A DNA stretch of 64,000 bases from Octopus vulgaris (Eukaryota), in NCBI GenBank assembly GCA_951406725.2, contig OX597818.1, forward strand, positions 19,406,001 through 19,470,000, written 5' to 3'. Positions 12,280 through 25,407 of the stretch are shown in pieces. Positions within the stretch are counted from its first letter, which is position 1. Every line of letters starts with the position of its first letter. Made by a program: the position numbers and the translations under genes. The notes under the pieces were generated by a model that saw only the letters and a program-made list of their open reading frames with translations, had not been told where the DNA came from and searched no databases.

Positions 12280-13463
12280 CCCTTTCTATCTTTTTTCTTT
12301 CCTCTCCCCCCTCTCTCTCTGTGTTTATGTCTTTCTTTTTCCTTTCTTTATTTCTTCCTTCTTTTCCTTTTTTCTTTGTTATTTTTCTTTGTTTCCCTTT
12401 GTTATTTTTTATTTTCGTTATTTTTCTTTATTGATGCTTCTTTCTTTCGTTCTGCTATCTTTCTTTCACCCTTTTTTCCTTCCGTTCTTTCTTTTTTTCC
12501 TTTCATTCTATCTTTATTTCCTCTTTTCATCCATTCTTCCTTACTTTTTTTTTTTTCCAGTTTTTCTTTCCTTTTTTTTGTATCTTCTTCCTTAGGCAAC
12601 GGGGGAAAAAAAGCAATGCATTAAGGAATTCCACGTTATGGCAGTATTTTCAGCACCGCTTCGCTTCTGTAACAGCTTCCTATGTGTGCTTGTTTTATAT
12701 ATGTGAGGTCATCGTGTTGACAAGGCCCTTTGTTACGTATAAATGTCGTTTCAATTTTCTTCTGTTTTCTTTCCTTCTTCCACTGTTGCCCACACACTGT
12801 TTCTGATCCACTAAAGTAATGCCAAAAATATATATTTATAGTATTTATCCACTCAACTCCAAATGTCATCATTTGAAACATGTTTATTATTTCTGTTGAT
12901 AGACGTACTGTTAGTGTTTACAAATTCACTCATAAAGTAGTTGTATTGGTTTGTTTTTCCAAGTTGACTCCCCGTGGGCCAAGAAAATGTGCTGGTAGTG
13001 TTAATTTTCTCTCATTTCTTTCTCGATTCTAGTACGTTCTCTTTCTGTTTTCCTCTTTGTCTCTCTCTCCATATCTCTCTACCTCTCTCTTCTTGTTTCT
13101 TCTCAATATTCTCCATGTCTTCTCAGCCTCTTCTCGTTTCTCTTTGTACCACATCTATGTTTTTCTGTTTTTATCTCTACCGCTCTCTATTTCACATTTT
13201 TATTTCTCCTTGTTTTTCTCTCTCTCTCTTTCTTTCTCTCTTTATCTCAGTGTGTGTATATGTGTGTGTATATTGTATATATGGTACATATATGTTTCTT
13301 TTTCACATACACACGCTCATAATCTTTGTCTTTCTAATTCGTTCTCGCCACCTTCTAAACCCTTTCACTCTCATTATCTCTACCCCTTCCGTGTACCATT
13401 TCTTCTTCTTCTCTTCCTTCTTCTTCATCCTTTTCTTCTTCTTCTTCTTCATCCTTTTCTTCT

Positions 13464-13512
<49 letters not shown>
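12280..13512. repeat. Pyrimidine-rich low-complexity tracts (12280-12592, ~13005-13512) including (TTC)n and (CT)n
   Basis: Directly visible. Confidence 0.85.
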
Positions 13513-13515
<3 letters not shown>

Positions 13516-14259
13516 ATATTTATTTAGATATTCGGCTCTACTACCTGAAGAGATAAACAAATACCCTGTCACCATTGCAACAGTTTTTCTTCCTTTGCAA
13601 CCAGCATGCCAACACCCTACCCTTTGCTGGTTCAGTTCGCCTAGGTGTAAATAGATATTATCACTCGGTGCTATTTAATGTCAGTCACGGACACTAAGAG
13701 CATTTGGTAATTTGCTAGGGTTTTAGTACCTACTGATATTAAACATAATTCTTCCAATCTAATCCGTTACAGCTTAGAGAGGAATGGTAGCCCCCTTCTC
13801 TGCCACCAGCAAAGTTGACTTCTCAACATCCTATATGAGACACAGATACATAAAATAACCAGATGATAGAATTACGCTGTGACTAAGCGACATGATACTA
13901 TGACGTAACGTTATGACATAACTACATGATACGATAAGACAACACGAATACAGTGTCTATGTCTATGACATGACAAGCTACATGAATGTCATGACATGAT
14001 TACTTGGCATTTTTTATGACATTGTTGTATGACATTACTAAAAGACTGGATAATACGACGGTTTGTGACAGACTGCGTAACGGTTAAGTATTCCAGGACT
14101 GTCCAGACCCCTTGCTCCGAGATGGGAGCTGCAAATATATGTAAATACGCTCGGGCGTGTACCCGAGTGTATTTTGTTTTTACACACACGTACATGCACA
14201 CATACACATACACATGCACATACATAACACAGGGACGAACATACATACACACGCACACA

Positions 14260-14304
<45 letters not shown>

Positions 14305-14327
14305 TCTTTTATTTTTTTAATAGAATA

Positions 14328-15152
14328 GTCATTTGAATGCGGTTATGCTGGAGCACCGCCTTGAAATGTTTTTGCCGAACAATTCGACCGCAGTATTTAT
14401 TTTTAGTAAGCCTATTATTTATTTTATCGGTCTCTTTGCCGAACCGCTGGCTTACGGGGACGTAAACACACCAACACCGGTTGTCAAGCGATGATGGTGG
14501 CACTAACACAAAGATGCACAGGCATAGATATATACTTACATACATAACACATACATAACACATACATACATACATACATACATACATACATACATACATA
14601 CATACATACATACATACATAATACATGCATATACAGGAGCAGGTGTGGCTGTGTAGTAAGAAGCTTGCTTCTCAACCTCATGGTTGCGGGTTCAGTCCCA
14701 CTGTATGACACCTTGGGCAAGTATTTTCTACTTCAACCTCGGACCGACCAAAGCCTTGTGAGTGGATTTGGTAGATGGAAACTGAAAGAAAACCGTCTTA
14801 TGTATATGTGTGTGTATATTTGTATGTCTATATTTTTGTCCCTCCCCCCATATCGTTTGACAACCGATGTTGGCTTGTTTACGTCCCCGTAACGTAGCGG
14901 TTCAGCAAAAGATACCGATAGAATAAGTCCTAGGGTCGGTTTGTTCGACAAAAAGGCGGTACTTTACCATGACCGCAGTCAAATGACTGAAGCAAGTAAA
15001 AGAATATATATGTATATATACGACGGGCTTCTCCAGTTTCCGTCTACAAAATCCATTCACAAGTTTTACGTCGGCCCGAGGCTACAAGAGAAGACACTTG
15101 CTCAAGGTGCCATGTGGTTGGGAAGCAAGCTTCTCACCACACAGCTATACCG
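14328..15152 (-). mobile_element. SINE family A (tail 14328-14520, head 15022-15152) interrupted by an opposite-strand copy
   Basis: Both segments match the reverse complement of the family A consensus and flank 14636-15003. Confidence 0.8.
14636..15003 (+). mobile_element. SINE family A, full length, nested
   Basis: ggagcaggtgtggctgtgtagtaagaagcttgc...gggttcagtccca...caaatgactgaagcaagtaaaaga. Confidence 0.9.
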
Positions 15153-15175
15153 GTCTCTCTCTCTCTCTCTATATA

Positions 15176-15222
<47 letters not shown>

Positions 15223-15548
15223 CAATGGATATCATATATCATATATATATATACCACACTTTATCATATCTAAACATATATTTTATTTTGGTCCAGTCAG
15301 TCTCTCTTGCTAGTCTGAGTTTCAGAGGATTTTCAGACAGATTGTGAGTCACAAAATATAAGCACCTGTACATAAATGTAAATTAGTGCGGATTATAAGA
15401 GGTTCCAGACTATCATTGTCCGGAAAATTTGTTGTTAATGTGGGGGGAGGGGATACGTGTGTGTGTGTATGTGTATACATATATTTGGTGTATACCTACA
15501 TAGATATATACACACACACATACATACATATATACATATATGCATATA

Positions 15549-15586
<38 letters not shown>

Positions 15587-15949
15587 TACAATGCCTTGGA
15601 CCTTATTCATCTGAAGATGTGCATGTATACAGCTATTGTTGGGTCATATTACTGCAATAATGTGTATAATATATGCAATATTCAGCGATTACCAACTGAT
15701 ATTGATGCGCTGAAACAATTGCAGTGATGTGTAATACAGCCTGTTCATTCCATATTCTCAGTTTAAAATTCTTTTGTATAGACTCCATGGATACACACGG
15801 TTTTCCACATGTATATCCAGTACAAGGAGAAGTCTTGTTGCATCGTAGTATCTGGTAACTGACACCCGGAGAGAGGCTTTGGAAGGCAGGCTATTATTAC
15901 CCAGATAATATTATATATCTTTGACAGAACCACTATCCTGTCTTTGAAA

Positions 15950-16195
15950 ACACCTTTCTTCACCCATTTCCTTCCGGTCTTTCAAAATGTGACCTCGTGT
16001 GTACCGTTGGCGTTTTTTTCCTCTGTCTTCCCTTCTCTGGATCTTTCCTTCTCCTATGTTTCCGACGAAGAGCTCCGCTCGAAACGTTAAACCCTCCTTC
16101 TTTCCTTCTTTCCTGAGCGTCCAATAATACTATATTTGTTCCACGTCCTCGCGTTGTTGTGTTTTTTTGTTCTTTCTTGTTTGGATTAACTTTAT
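15950..16195 (+). mobile_element. PLE terminal-repeat-like element, family P1, with hammerhead at 16058-16092
   Basis: gttt-CCGACGA-A-GAGC-tcc-GCTC-GAAAC-GTT-aaac; tail cctgagcgtccaataatac...ccacgtcctcgcgttgttg...ggattaactt runs into (TA)n; homologous to 37272-37497 and 41885-42150. Confidence 0.75.
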
Positions 16196-16861
16196 ATATA
16201 TATATATACATACATATATGAAGAGAGAGAAAGAAAGAGAGAGAGAGAGATGAAGATTTCACGAAGAAAACTTTAGAAAATAAATATTACAGAAAAATCA
16301 TAAACAGTCCTTTTTTGATTGACATCATAAAACGTATGGCGTGGTGTTTTTTTAGAGCCAGTTTATTAGATTTAGGACATAATATTTCGTGAATCAGAAA
16401 CTAATGCTCTGAACTCAAGTGTCAATTAATTCTAAGCTACCGTTGAGTCATGTATTTTCTTTTTCCTCTTTAATCTAAAGGCCATTATTTTCATATAAAC
16501 CGTCACTAAAGAAAACTGGAAAACAGAATATTAAAATAACACGGGGTAAGATATAGGAGGTAAAACCAAACGATGGAAAGAATGCGTGTGTACAAGAGTG
16601 TGCGCATGCAGGCGTATTTCTGTGTGTGTTTAAAGGATGAGTGTATATTCTAAAATGTGTCCTTGTTTATTTACATTCATGGTGAACAGGCGGGAGAGGA
16701 TTTGGTTTATACCTTCAGTTCTAGTGGATTGCAAGTTGCACTAAAAATATTTCCATTCCTTTTCACTTACATAGTTATTTCTATGGTTGGCATTAGGACA
16801 GATGTCACCATCCAAAGAGAAATAAGCCGGTATATGATATAATATAATATAAGAAAAAAAG

Positions 16862-17169
16862 AAGTGCTCCGTCGGTTACGACGATGAAGGTCCCAGCTGA
16901 TACGACCAACGGAACAGCTTGCTCGCAAAATTAACGTATAAGTGGCTGAGGACTCCACAGCCACGTGTACTCTCAACGTAGTTCTCAGGGAGATTCAGCG
17001 TGACAAGGCTGGACCTTTGAAATGCAGGTACTACTCATTTTTGTCTGCTGTGTGGACTGGAGCAACGTGAAATAAAGTGTCTTGCTCAAGGACACAACAC
17101 GTCGCCGTGAGTTGAACTCATGACCTTACGATCGTGAGTCGAATGCCCTAACCACTAAATCACGCGCCT
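16862..17169 (-). mobile_element. tRNA-derived SINE family C, best copy
   Basis: Minus-strand head ggcgcgtgatttagtggttaggg (A box)...gagttcaactc (B box), then gtgtccttgagcaagacactttat. Confidence 0.85.
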
Positions 17170-17367
17170 AAGAACAAAACAAATACGGGTATATTAAATA
17201 CCATAAAACATAAATTCTTCATTTATTAAAACCTTCGTCTCTAAAAGATGTGACACAGTTGCTAAATGGCAATTGAGAACAGCTCCATCGGAGGAGAGAT
17301 TATCTCAAGAATAAAGAATCTGAGATGATTTTCGTAAATCCAAATTTGATGTTTTTTTTTTAATCTG

Positions 17368-17402
<35 letters not shown>

Positions 17403-17497
17403 CCGCGCTCTCTTTTTGCGCTTTCCCCCCTTCCTCCCTCTCTGTAGATATGTATGTGTGTGCGTGTGTGTATGTGTACGAGGAGATATATATATAT

Positions 17498-17893
17498 TCT
17501 TTTCTACACTAGGCACAAGGCCCGAAATTTTGGAGGAGGGGGCCAGTCGATTAGATCGACCCCACTACGCATCTGATACTTAATTTATAGACTCCGAAAG
17601 GATGAAAGGCAAAGTCGACCTCGGCGGATTTTGAATTCAGAACATAAAGACTGACGAAATAACTATTTCTTTACAACCCAGAAGGGGCTAAACACACGGA
17701 GGACAAACAAGGACAGAAAAACGGATTAAGTCGATTATATCGACCCCAGTGCGTAACTGGTACTTATTTAATCGACCCCGAAAGGATGAAAGGCAAAGTC
17801 GACCTCGGCGGAATTTGAACTCAGAACGTAACGGCAGACGAAATACGGCAACGCATTTCACCCGGCCTGCTAACGTTTCTGCCGGCTTGCCGC
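17498..17893 (-). mobile_element. SINE family B, dimeric
   Basis: Two copies of cgaaaggatgaaaggcaaagtcgacctcggcgga.tttgaa.tcagaac; colinear with the reverse complement of 32488-32887. Confidence 0.9.
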
Positions 17894-18204
17894 TTTGAGA
17901 GAGAAAGTATCATAGTTATATAGTTGGGTATTTAATAGACAGAATTAAAGACAAAGCGGTTACATTAAGTTTCTGTGTATTTTTTATGGGTACTCTTTAT
18001 TATGAAGTGAAACAAAGTGTATAAACGTTTGTGCGACCTAATCAGTGATGTCTTTCAAATGCCTCTTGAAAAATGTTGTGGTACCAGGTCGCAGAACTGC
18101 GACGAAACTTTAGGACACATCACAGTACCATTAAGAGGTAAAAGAGAAGTGAATGTAACCTTTTTATACCGACTTAAATGGATAAAACGGTTCTTCCACG
18201 ATGC

Positions 18205-18251
<47 letters not shown>

Positions 18252-19310
18252 AAGACAGATAGAAATGAAGTGTGTATGTGTGTGAGAGAGAGAGAGAGAG
18301 AAAGTTAAAGTAAAAAGATATTAAGAGCTACTCAGTAAAAGTAAGGGTAACATGATATCTCGACCATCCTTCAGGTAGTAAATTTCAATATGCTGCTCCG
18401 AGCTACCACCAGAACCGAATGGTAAAAATATATTTGTCGTTTCCAAAACCACTCAGTACAAAGCTCAACAGAAAAAAACACTAGTAAATGTTACTGTTTG
18501 TTGAGATGTAGAATATTCAATCAATGCAACGTTAAGCTTTTAATATATCATATCAGTTGCAGGGGAAGGATTGGTGATTTTATCGCTGATGTTCATGTTT
18601 AATGCCTTTTGTGAAAAATGAAAAATATATAGTAAAAATGTAGATAAATCCAAAAGGCTGCAAAGTCGGGGTGGAAGTTTAGAGCTGAACGAAAAGTTTG
18701 ATGCGGTTTTTCAGATAATAAAAAGAAAAAGAGACAAGTGAATTGGTAGAGCTTGAACTGAGGCGGTACGCAGCTTTGTTGTTCAAAGGAGTAGAAGCTA
18801 TTATATTTATTTCAGCAGATAGTGTGCCGCATGTAATAAGGGCTGGTGGTTTGGTTGGTGGTTATTTGCATGTTGATGGAAGAATATTTACCAATTAGTC
18901 AGATTAACTCCCAGTGTTGTTGTGATGAATGATCTAGGTTCTAACCTATAATAAAAATCTATGCAGATACTAGGGATTTTAAGCCTTTGAATTGTGGTAC
19001 ATCAAAATAATTTTATTGAAAATGTTCCAAAATAAAAGCCAACAAGTGTATAACGTAACTCTAACATGTAAAACAGACTGAATATCAGAAGATATCTGAT
19101 ATTCTGGTTGTTTATAATGAAACCGTGCTTGCACTCTAGCGGTTTAGTAGGCTCCCACAAAACTGCGTTTGCAATTAAGTTTCAGTTCCCTGTGGAATGG
19201 TTTCGTTTACCTGCCTCTCCGTACATATCTCTCAGATTAATACTTCTTATACCGAATAGCTAGTCTTTACAACGAGATGATATCTTAATTTCATTATTGC
19301 AATACTGTTA

Positions 19311-19525
19311 AAGGCAGTGAGCTGGCAGAATTATTAGCATGCCGAACAAAATATTTTGCGGCCTTACGTTCTAAAGGTTTACGTTCTAAATTCAAATTCC
19401 GCCAACATGTAGGTTTCACTTTTCCAGGATCGACAAAATAAATACCCGTTGAGTAATGGGGGTCGATGTAATCGACTTACTCCCCACCAATAAAATTGCT
19501 GTCTTGTGCCAAAATTTGAAACCCA
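19311..19525 (+). mobile_element. SINE family B, degenerate monomer
   Basis: aaggcagtgagctggcagaattattagcatgccg...ttcaaattccgcc...ggggtcgatgtaatcgactt...cttgtgccaaaatttgaaa. Confidence 0.75.
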
Positions 19526-20279
19526 TTATTTTATTACATTTATTTTATGAATAAATGAATTAACGTTTTGTTTATAATCAACATTACTATTCATGGGATT
19601 ACAATATTAATCACGTGAAATTCTAAATACATACCAAATAAACCATTGAAGTTTTCAACAATGATGTAGATCCGCTGTTGCATGAAAAGTTTAGGCAAAC
19701 CAATGGGGATGCTTCTCCGCAGGTACTCGAATTACTTGAAATAAAAATCAAATTTCCCTCAAATCACATTCTGCCATCTTTAAAAGGGGACGACACACGG
19801 GATAATTGCGATCCCGGATACACAGCGTTCTGGGCTGACATGGTGCTGCTGAACAATAACAATATTATAAAAACATCTCAAGAACAAAAGAACAAATGTG
19901 TTGCAGTTCCCGTTAATCAAATTTAAATCATTGTGGTGGTTATTTCCTTTATTCCTTGTAGAAGAAGCGTGAACATCTTAACTTCTATTTTCCCAGTTCC
20001 TGAAATCATTAAGACTGATTGCTGATTACATATCGATCTTTCTCACTGTTTGAATTAAGTGGGGTCGACAACCCATTTGATGGACATCTATTTTCTTTCA
20101 AACTGGATTTAATAAGGCTAATTACTTATTCAATGATATTCATAGACGGCTATCATTTGATCTATGTAATCGTATTAGTGCGTGGGATAATGAAATATTT
20201 ACCATTTATTTATTCATTTATTTACTTGTTATCGTTATTATGGTGAATAACATGAAAGAACTGAGGTCAGACACTTTAC

Positions 20280-20500
20280 CTTTCGGCCAATCCGTCGCCG
20301 TCTTTTTCAAGTACTACATGGAAGATAAGTATAGAGAAGGAGGTGCTGCTTTTGAGTGAATTCGCTGAGAAGAGGGTGAGAGTGCAAAGTATGGCCTGAG
20401 TGCGCGGGCTAATTCTCAGCATGCACATTCAGGCTGAAGAACACACCTGGGCGATGGCACTTGTATTCATAGATAAGCGTCCGTGGGGTCTCTGATTGGT
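20280..20500 (-). promoter_or_regulatory. Candidate minus-strand promoter plus non-coding first exon
   Basis: Unique GC-richer island; CCAAT box (aaccaatcag on minus, ~20491-20500); GATA and E-box motifs; consensus donor gaaag|gtaaag at 20280/20279. Confidence 0.35.
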
Positions 20501-20575
20501 TCCAAGTGGCTGACCACTAAGTGAGTGCCAGCGTACACACACGCACACACGCGCGCGCGCGCGCATACATACATA

Positions 20576-20815
20576 TGAAGCCTATCCTGAAGAAACAAAA
20601 CTTCGAGCTTTATTTAAGTTTTCATTAGACTTGTCTCCTTCAAAGTAGTTCCCTCCACTGTTTATACACTCATTCAAACGGTTTTTTAAATTTTTTTGTA
20701 CGTAGAAAGCTTTTCAAAAATGCACAGTTCACGAGATGATATTTTTCCTTCTGTTTTATCGTCTGTAATTGTAGCGACTTTTCAGAGGGGGCTTTAACTC
20801 AGGGACCAGAACAAG
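20576..20815 (-). mobile_element. mariner-derived remnant (transposase C-terminus and one decayed TIR)
   Basis: Minus strand reads KNRLNECINSGGNYFEGDK, resembling the mariner RWxKCIxxxGxYFEGD ending. Confidence 0.65.
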
Positions 20816-20826
20816 TAATTTATCGG

Positions 20827-20864
20827 GATGCATATTTCAAGAGTTATTGCTCTTCGTCAGCATC
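20827..20864 (-). ncRNA. Degenerate hammerhead motif
   Basis: Minus strand gatg-CTGACGA-AGAG-caataa-CTCT-t-GAAA-tatg-catc; cleavage triplet not canonical. Confidence 0.4.
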
Positions 20865-21561
20865 AGGGAAAGTTAACAGTGATTTCGAAGTTTCGGCACA
20901 GAATCGTCAGACAATCTAGCAATCAAAGGCAACTGAACTGAAACTTCGAAGCCATTGCGAAGCTTTTCCTTGTTGCAATAAATGCGATAGTCTATAACTG
21001 TACTACAAAATCAATTTTGTATGTACTTGTGCGTGTATGTGTATGCTTAAGCGTGTCTGTGCGCGGGGGGAGGTTACTTAGTTTGATATCAAATGACCTC
21101 TTTTAACTGATGAAGAGATATTTTCATTGTAAAAGAGAAAAATAAACCACCCAGAAAGTACTAAGTTTGAAATATAAGCTAAGATGTAGGAAGCATTAAA
21201 GCAAAACCTATTTTTTTTTAAATACCGTGTTATTTAATGCCTGCATCTAATTATTTGGAATGCTGAACGAAATATCGCTGGTTCGTATTCCATCACTAAC
21301 TTACCGTTTTTCCATATCTGAAACCCTAGTTTCTCAAATTGATTCATTGGCAAATAATTACCATGAGATGTACAGCACTTTATTGAAAGGTCTCGCGGTC
21401 GAGTCGGGTGAGACTGACTTAGTTGCAATGTTGGGCCGAAGTTCTCTTGTGAATGGCATTTGAATTGGGATAGACTTTGCTAGGCTTGTCTTGACCTAGA
21501 TTATATCACACAACGATAATATCTTTAATGCATTTTATCTACGACGAAATAAGTTCATAAT

Positions 21562-21632
<71 letters not shown>

Positions 21633-23191
21633 CACCCCATTGTGTGGAAATTGCTCCAAAATATTTTATACACCATCCAATAACCATAGAATATAAAAAC
21701 AAATTCTGACATTTGGACTGTATGTTCCGAAGTCATGTTCGCAATTTGCTATTGTTTTTGTTACTTAAACTGACCTATGAGAAACGTCATTTATTATTTT
21801 TTTTGTTTTCTTATTTGCTTTTTATTTTTATATTTTCTATTTATTCTGAAAGTTTGCTAAGAGGTCATATTAGTCTAATTTTATGTCTGTTTGCTTGCTC
21901 GAATGTTCTATGTTGCAGTGATAATTATGCTCCCGTGGTATTTCTTTGTTACATGAAACGAAACGAAAGACCAGTCACTTCCAAGCTTCTATGTTGTGGG
22001 TTCCAATCTAGCTGGATTCCAGTTGCAATTATATCACGTTACGAATATAAAATTGTTCAGGTTATTTGAGAAAAAAGTTATGTTAGTATAACAACCCATT
22101 GCTTGTACAAATCCTTTTCATAAGTTTGAGCCAAACGTTCGTACTTGCTTTCTGACTTTAATTAGCCCATCCTTCATACATTCTGAATAATATAAAGTTT
22201 TCCTTTGATCAGCCCCGTTATTCTGGTGGTTGAAAACAATCGGTAATGTGTATCATAGATGATGCATGAGTCCGGGGAAATATACGCTGTGTACTACATA
22301 TAATACACTGGATAAGGGGTTAAATGAGGTGGATGAAAGACGTAGTAGAACATCAGACAAAATGCCTGATAGTATTTAGTTGCAACCGTTTGTGTCTGGA
22401 GTTCAAATCCTGCACGGGTCGACTTCGAAGGTCTACAAAATAAGATGTTATCGACTATAACTACACTCCCAAATGCGCGTACTGATATTTGTATAGCTAA
22501 TAACACTGTATAACATTTTTTTTTTTTTTTGGTTTTATTTTATTTTATTTGTCTTCGGTCCGTAAGTGTTATTTACTATTTGCTTCTATCTAGAAATCAA
22601 AGGAAATATCTACGATTCCCTTCAAACTTTGCTTTTGAGACCTGGACAGCAATGTTTTGAAATTGACCAATTTTCCATTACATTTCACAGATCCAGCGCC
22701 GAGTTGCTGAAGTAGAAATATTGTTACAACAAATATTCTGCTCAGTGCCACATATTTGCTTGTCAAGTTGCTTGACCTTAACCATTTGAGCATGGCCTTT
22801 AGTGGCTGACAATATGTTCATCTCAAGCCATGAACAGAAGTAATGAGGGAGGGGGCACCATAGCTATATATTGAGAAGAATTCTTTGAGGGTTGGATAAA
22901 TGTAAGAAAGCAAAGTTTGAAGGAAATATTAGCCATTTTTCATACTTTCTAAGGGTAAGCAAATAGAAAATATCAGTGGCTACCCAAGGAAAAAAATCAT
23001 ATTAGAGCACCTAATAGTTTTCAGTATTTTAATTTATCTTACTCTGTTCTGTGTTCAAAACCTACTGAGATAGAATCTTCCTCATATTTTCCTTGGGAGT
23101 TAATAAATAAAGTACCAATAATACACATTATTTAATCCAGTCTATTCTGTGTCTTTTAGCTATTGTTTTTATTGACTTAACGCCACCAAAT

Positions 23192-23555
23192 AAGCATGGC
23201 TGTGTGGTTATGAAAATTGATTTGTAACCACGTGGTTTTGGGTTCAGTCCTTGAGCAAATATCTAGCTCCGACCCGACCAATACCATGTAAATGAATTTG
23301 GTAGACAGAAACTGAAAGACGCCCGTCATATATATACATGTGTGTGTGTGTGTGTGTGTGGTGTCTATATATGTATGTCTTTATGTTTGTCATCCTACTA
23401 CTTGACAACCGGTGTTAGTTTGTTTACATCCTCGTAACTTAGCAGATCGGTAAAAAAAAATCCGATAGAAAATGTAATGTACTGAGGTCGATTTGTTCGA
23501 CCTAAAACCCTTTAAAGGCTATACTCAAGCATGGTTTCAGTCCAATGACTGACTA
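23192..23555 (+). mobile_element. SINE family A, diverged full length
   Basis: catggctgtgtggttatg...gggttcagtcc...agacagaaactgaaagacgcccgtc...cagtccaatgactga. Confidence 0.8.
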
Positions 23556-23596
23556 TAGGTTTTGTCTCCTTTTTTCTCTCTTCTTTCTTGCCTTCC

Positions 23597-23950
23597 TCCT
23601 ATTTATAATAATAAACCCGAAATTCTGTCTGTCCGCCTGTTCGGGACCCCTGTATCTTAGACTACATTTGCTTTACATAGATATATATTAAACTTGTTTG
23701 AAATGAGAGTGATCCCGGGATGAAAAATCCGCCCTTTATTTGACTCTTGAACATCCAGCATTGAGATCAGGTCTGGATAGGAATTTGTTACATGCTAACA
23801 GTTGAAAATTCAAATGTTAAAGAACTCAAAAAATTTGTGAATTTACAAGTTTTTCATTTAAACTGAATTTATAGTAATACATATTGGTAAGATACCAATA
23901 AATGCTTATTATTATCGCCCTCTTTAGTTTTGGGTCGCAGACCCAGTTAG
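23597..23950 (+). mobile_element. Putative non-autonomous Helitron-like element
   Basis: 5' tc...tataataataaa...tctgtctgtc start; 3' hairpin tgggtc-gca-gaccca (23931-23945) then ttag, a CTAG variant. Confidence 0.4.
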
Positions 23951-24010
23951 CCCTCTGCTACAACTTGCTTAAAAGTCCGTACGAAGTGCATCTTTTAAGT
24001 TGGTTCTTTC

Positions 24011-24220
24011 TTTTCTACTCTAGGCACAAGGCTTGAAATTTTTGGGGAAGCGGCCAGTCGATTAGATCGACCCCAGTACGCAACTGGTACTTAATTTATC
24101 GAACTCCGAAAGGATGAAAGGCAAAGTCGACCTCGGCGGAATTTGATCTCAGAACGTAAAGACAGACGAAATACGGCTACGCACTTCGCCCAGCGTGCTA
24201 ACGTGTCTGCCAGCTCGCCG
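24011..24220 (-). mobile_element. SINE family B monomer with target-site duplication
   Basis: Flanked by cttttaagttggttctttc (23992-24010) and cttttacgttggttctttc (24221-24239), 18/19 identical. Confidence 0.92.
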
Positions 24221-24936
24221 CTTTTACGTTGGTTCTTTCATAAGACTAAAACATTTTGATTGCTTCCAGCAAAAGTACAGCTCGCGTTATAAAACATCGG
24301 CCAGTCTCATTTTTCACAAAGCTGCCTTTGATGTTATTGAAAGAGACTGATAGATTTACCCTTCCTCCACCAACTTTATCTACTTCACTCATGTTTATAT
24401 AATTACGTCATAATTAATAGAAATGGCACAGTATGCACATTTTTTTTTTACATCTTTGTTTTCTTTCTACTCCGCTTTATTTATTTATTTACTTATTTAT
24501 TTATGTTACTCAGCAATAACATTTATCAATAATATTCCTTTCAATAATTCATCAGTGGTTTTATACTTTTTCTGTGTCCGCTGGTCTAATTATGATAGCA
24601 CCCTCGTATCTGTGCCTAATGATTGCAAATATAAAATGTTCTAGTTACGGTTTTTATTGATCTTTTTATTGTTGTTGCGGTTTAGCTACACTTAGCTTTA
24701 TATATATATATAGCACTACAAAGTGTTTACTTAGATTTTATTGATATATATATATAAGATTCGGTTGAATTAGGTACTTAAATTTAGGCACCTTGTTAGG
24801 TCGATCTAATTTGCATACTCAAACAATATCAGCTGAATATCAAAATCTGTACAGAAGTGTTTGCACATAATATTCTTGCAGTGTATACAGATAACACGAC
24901 CCAACTTATAGAGATCCACTCTTGGTTATTCAGATC

Positions 24937-24983
<47 letters not shown>

Positions 24984-25194
24984 TAAGAATAGCTTTTTCG
25001 TGATTTGTGATTTAACGCCCATTTCTAGCTTGATTAAAAACCACTTAGTAGCTTCCCCACATATATACTCTTATACACACATATAATATGATAATATTTA
25101 CAGTCTACGGACATTTTCACTCATGCTGGCCACTGGTAAAAGATTAATATTTAGTTTTTACCATATATTTTAAATTTTTATCATATATTATATC

Positions 25195-25350
25195 CAGAGT
25201 GGTGCAAAAGTTTGGACCAATGAGCAATTTATTATATAACAATTTATAGTTTACATTAAGTGTTCGAACTGATTTCCGCCTTCTTCCATGCAAGCGTTTG
25301 GAACTATAGGCAATTACTTATTTCAGTCATCAAAATGCGACCATACTGGG
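25195..25350 (-). mobile_element. Tc1/mariner-superfamily 3' remnant
   Basis: TIR-like cagagtggtgcaaaagtttggacca; minus strand reads NACMEEGGNQFEHLM*, a typical C-terminal CxxxxGxxFEHL motif. Confidence 0.6.
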
Positions 25351-25364
25351 ATGCAGGGGCACCA

Positions 25365-25407
<43 letters not shown>

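Noticed and set aside
12974-13654. 226-aa hydrophobic ORF
   Set aside because: Product of a pyrimidine-rich low-complexity tract.
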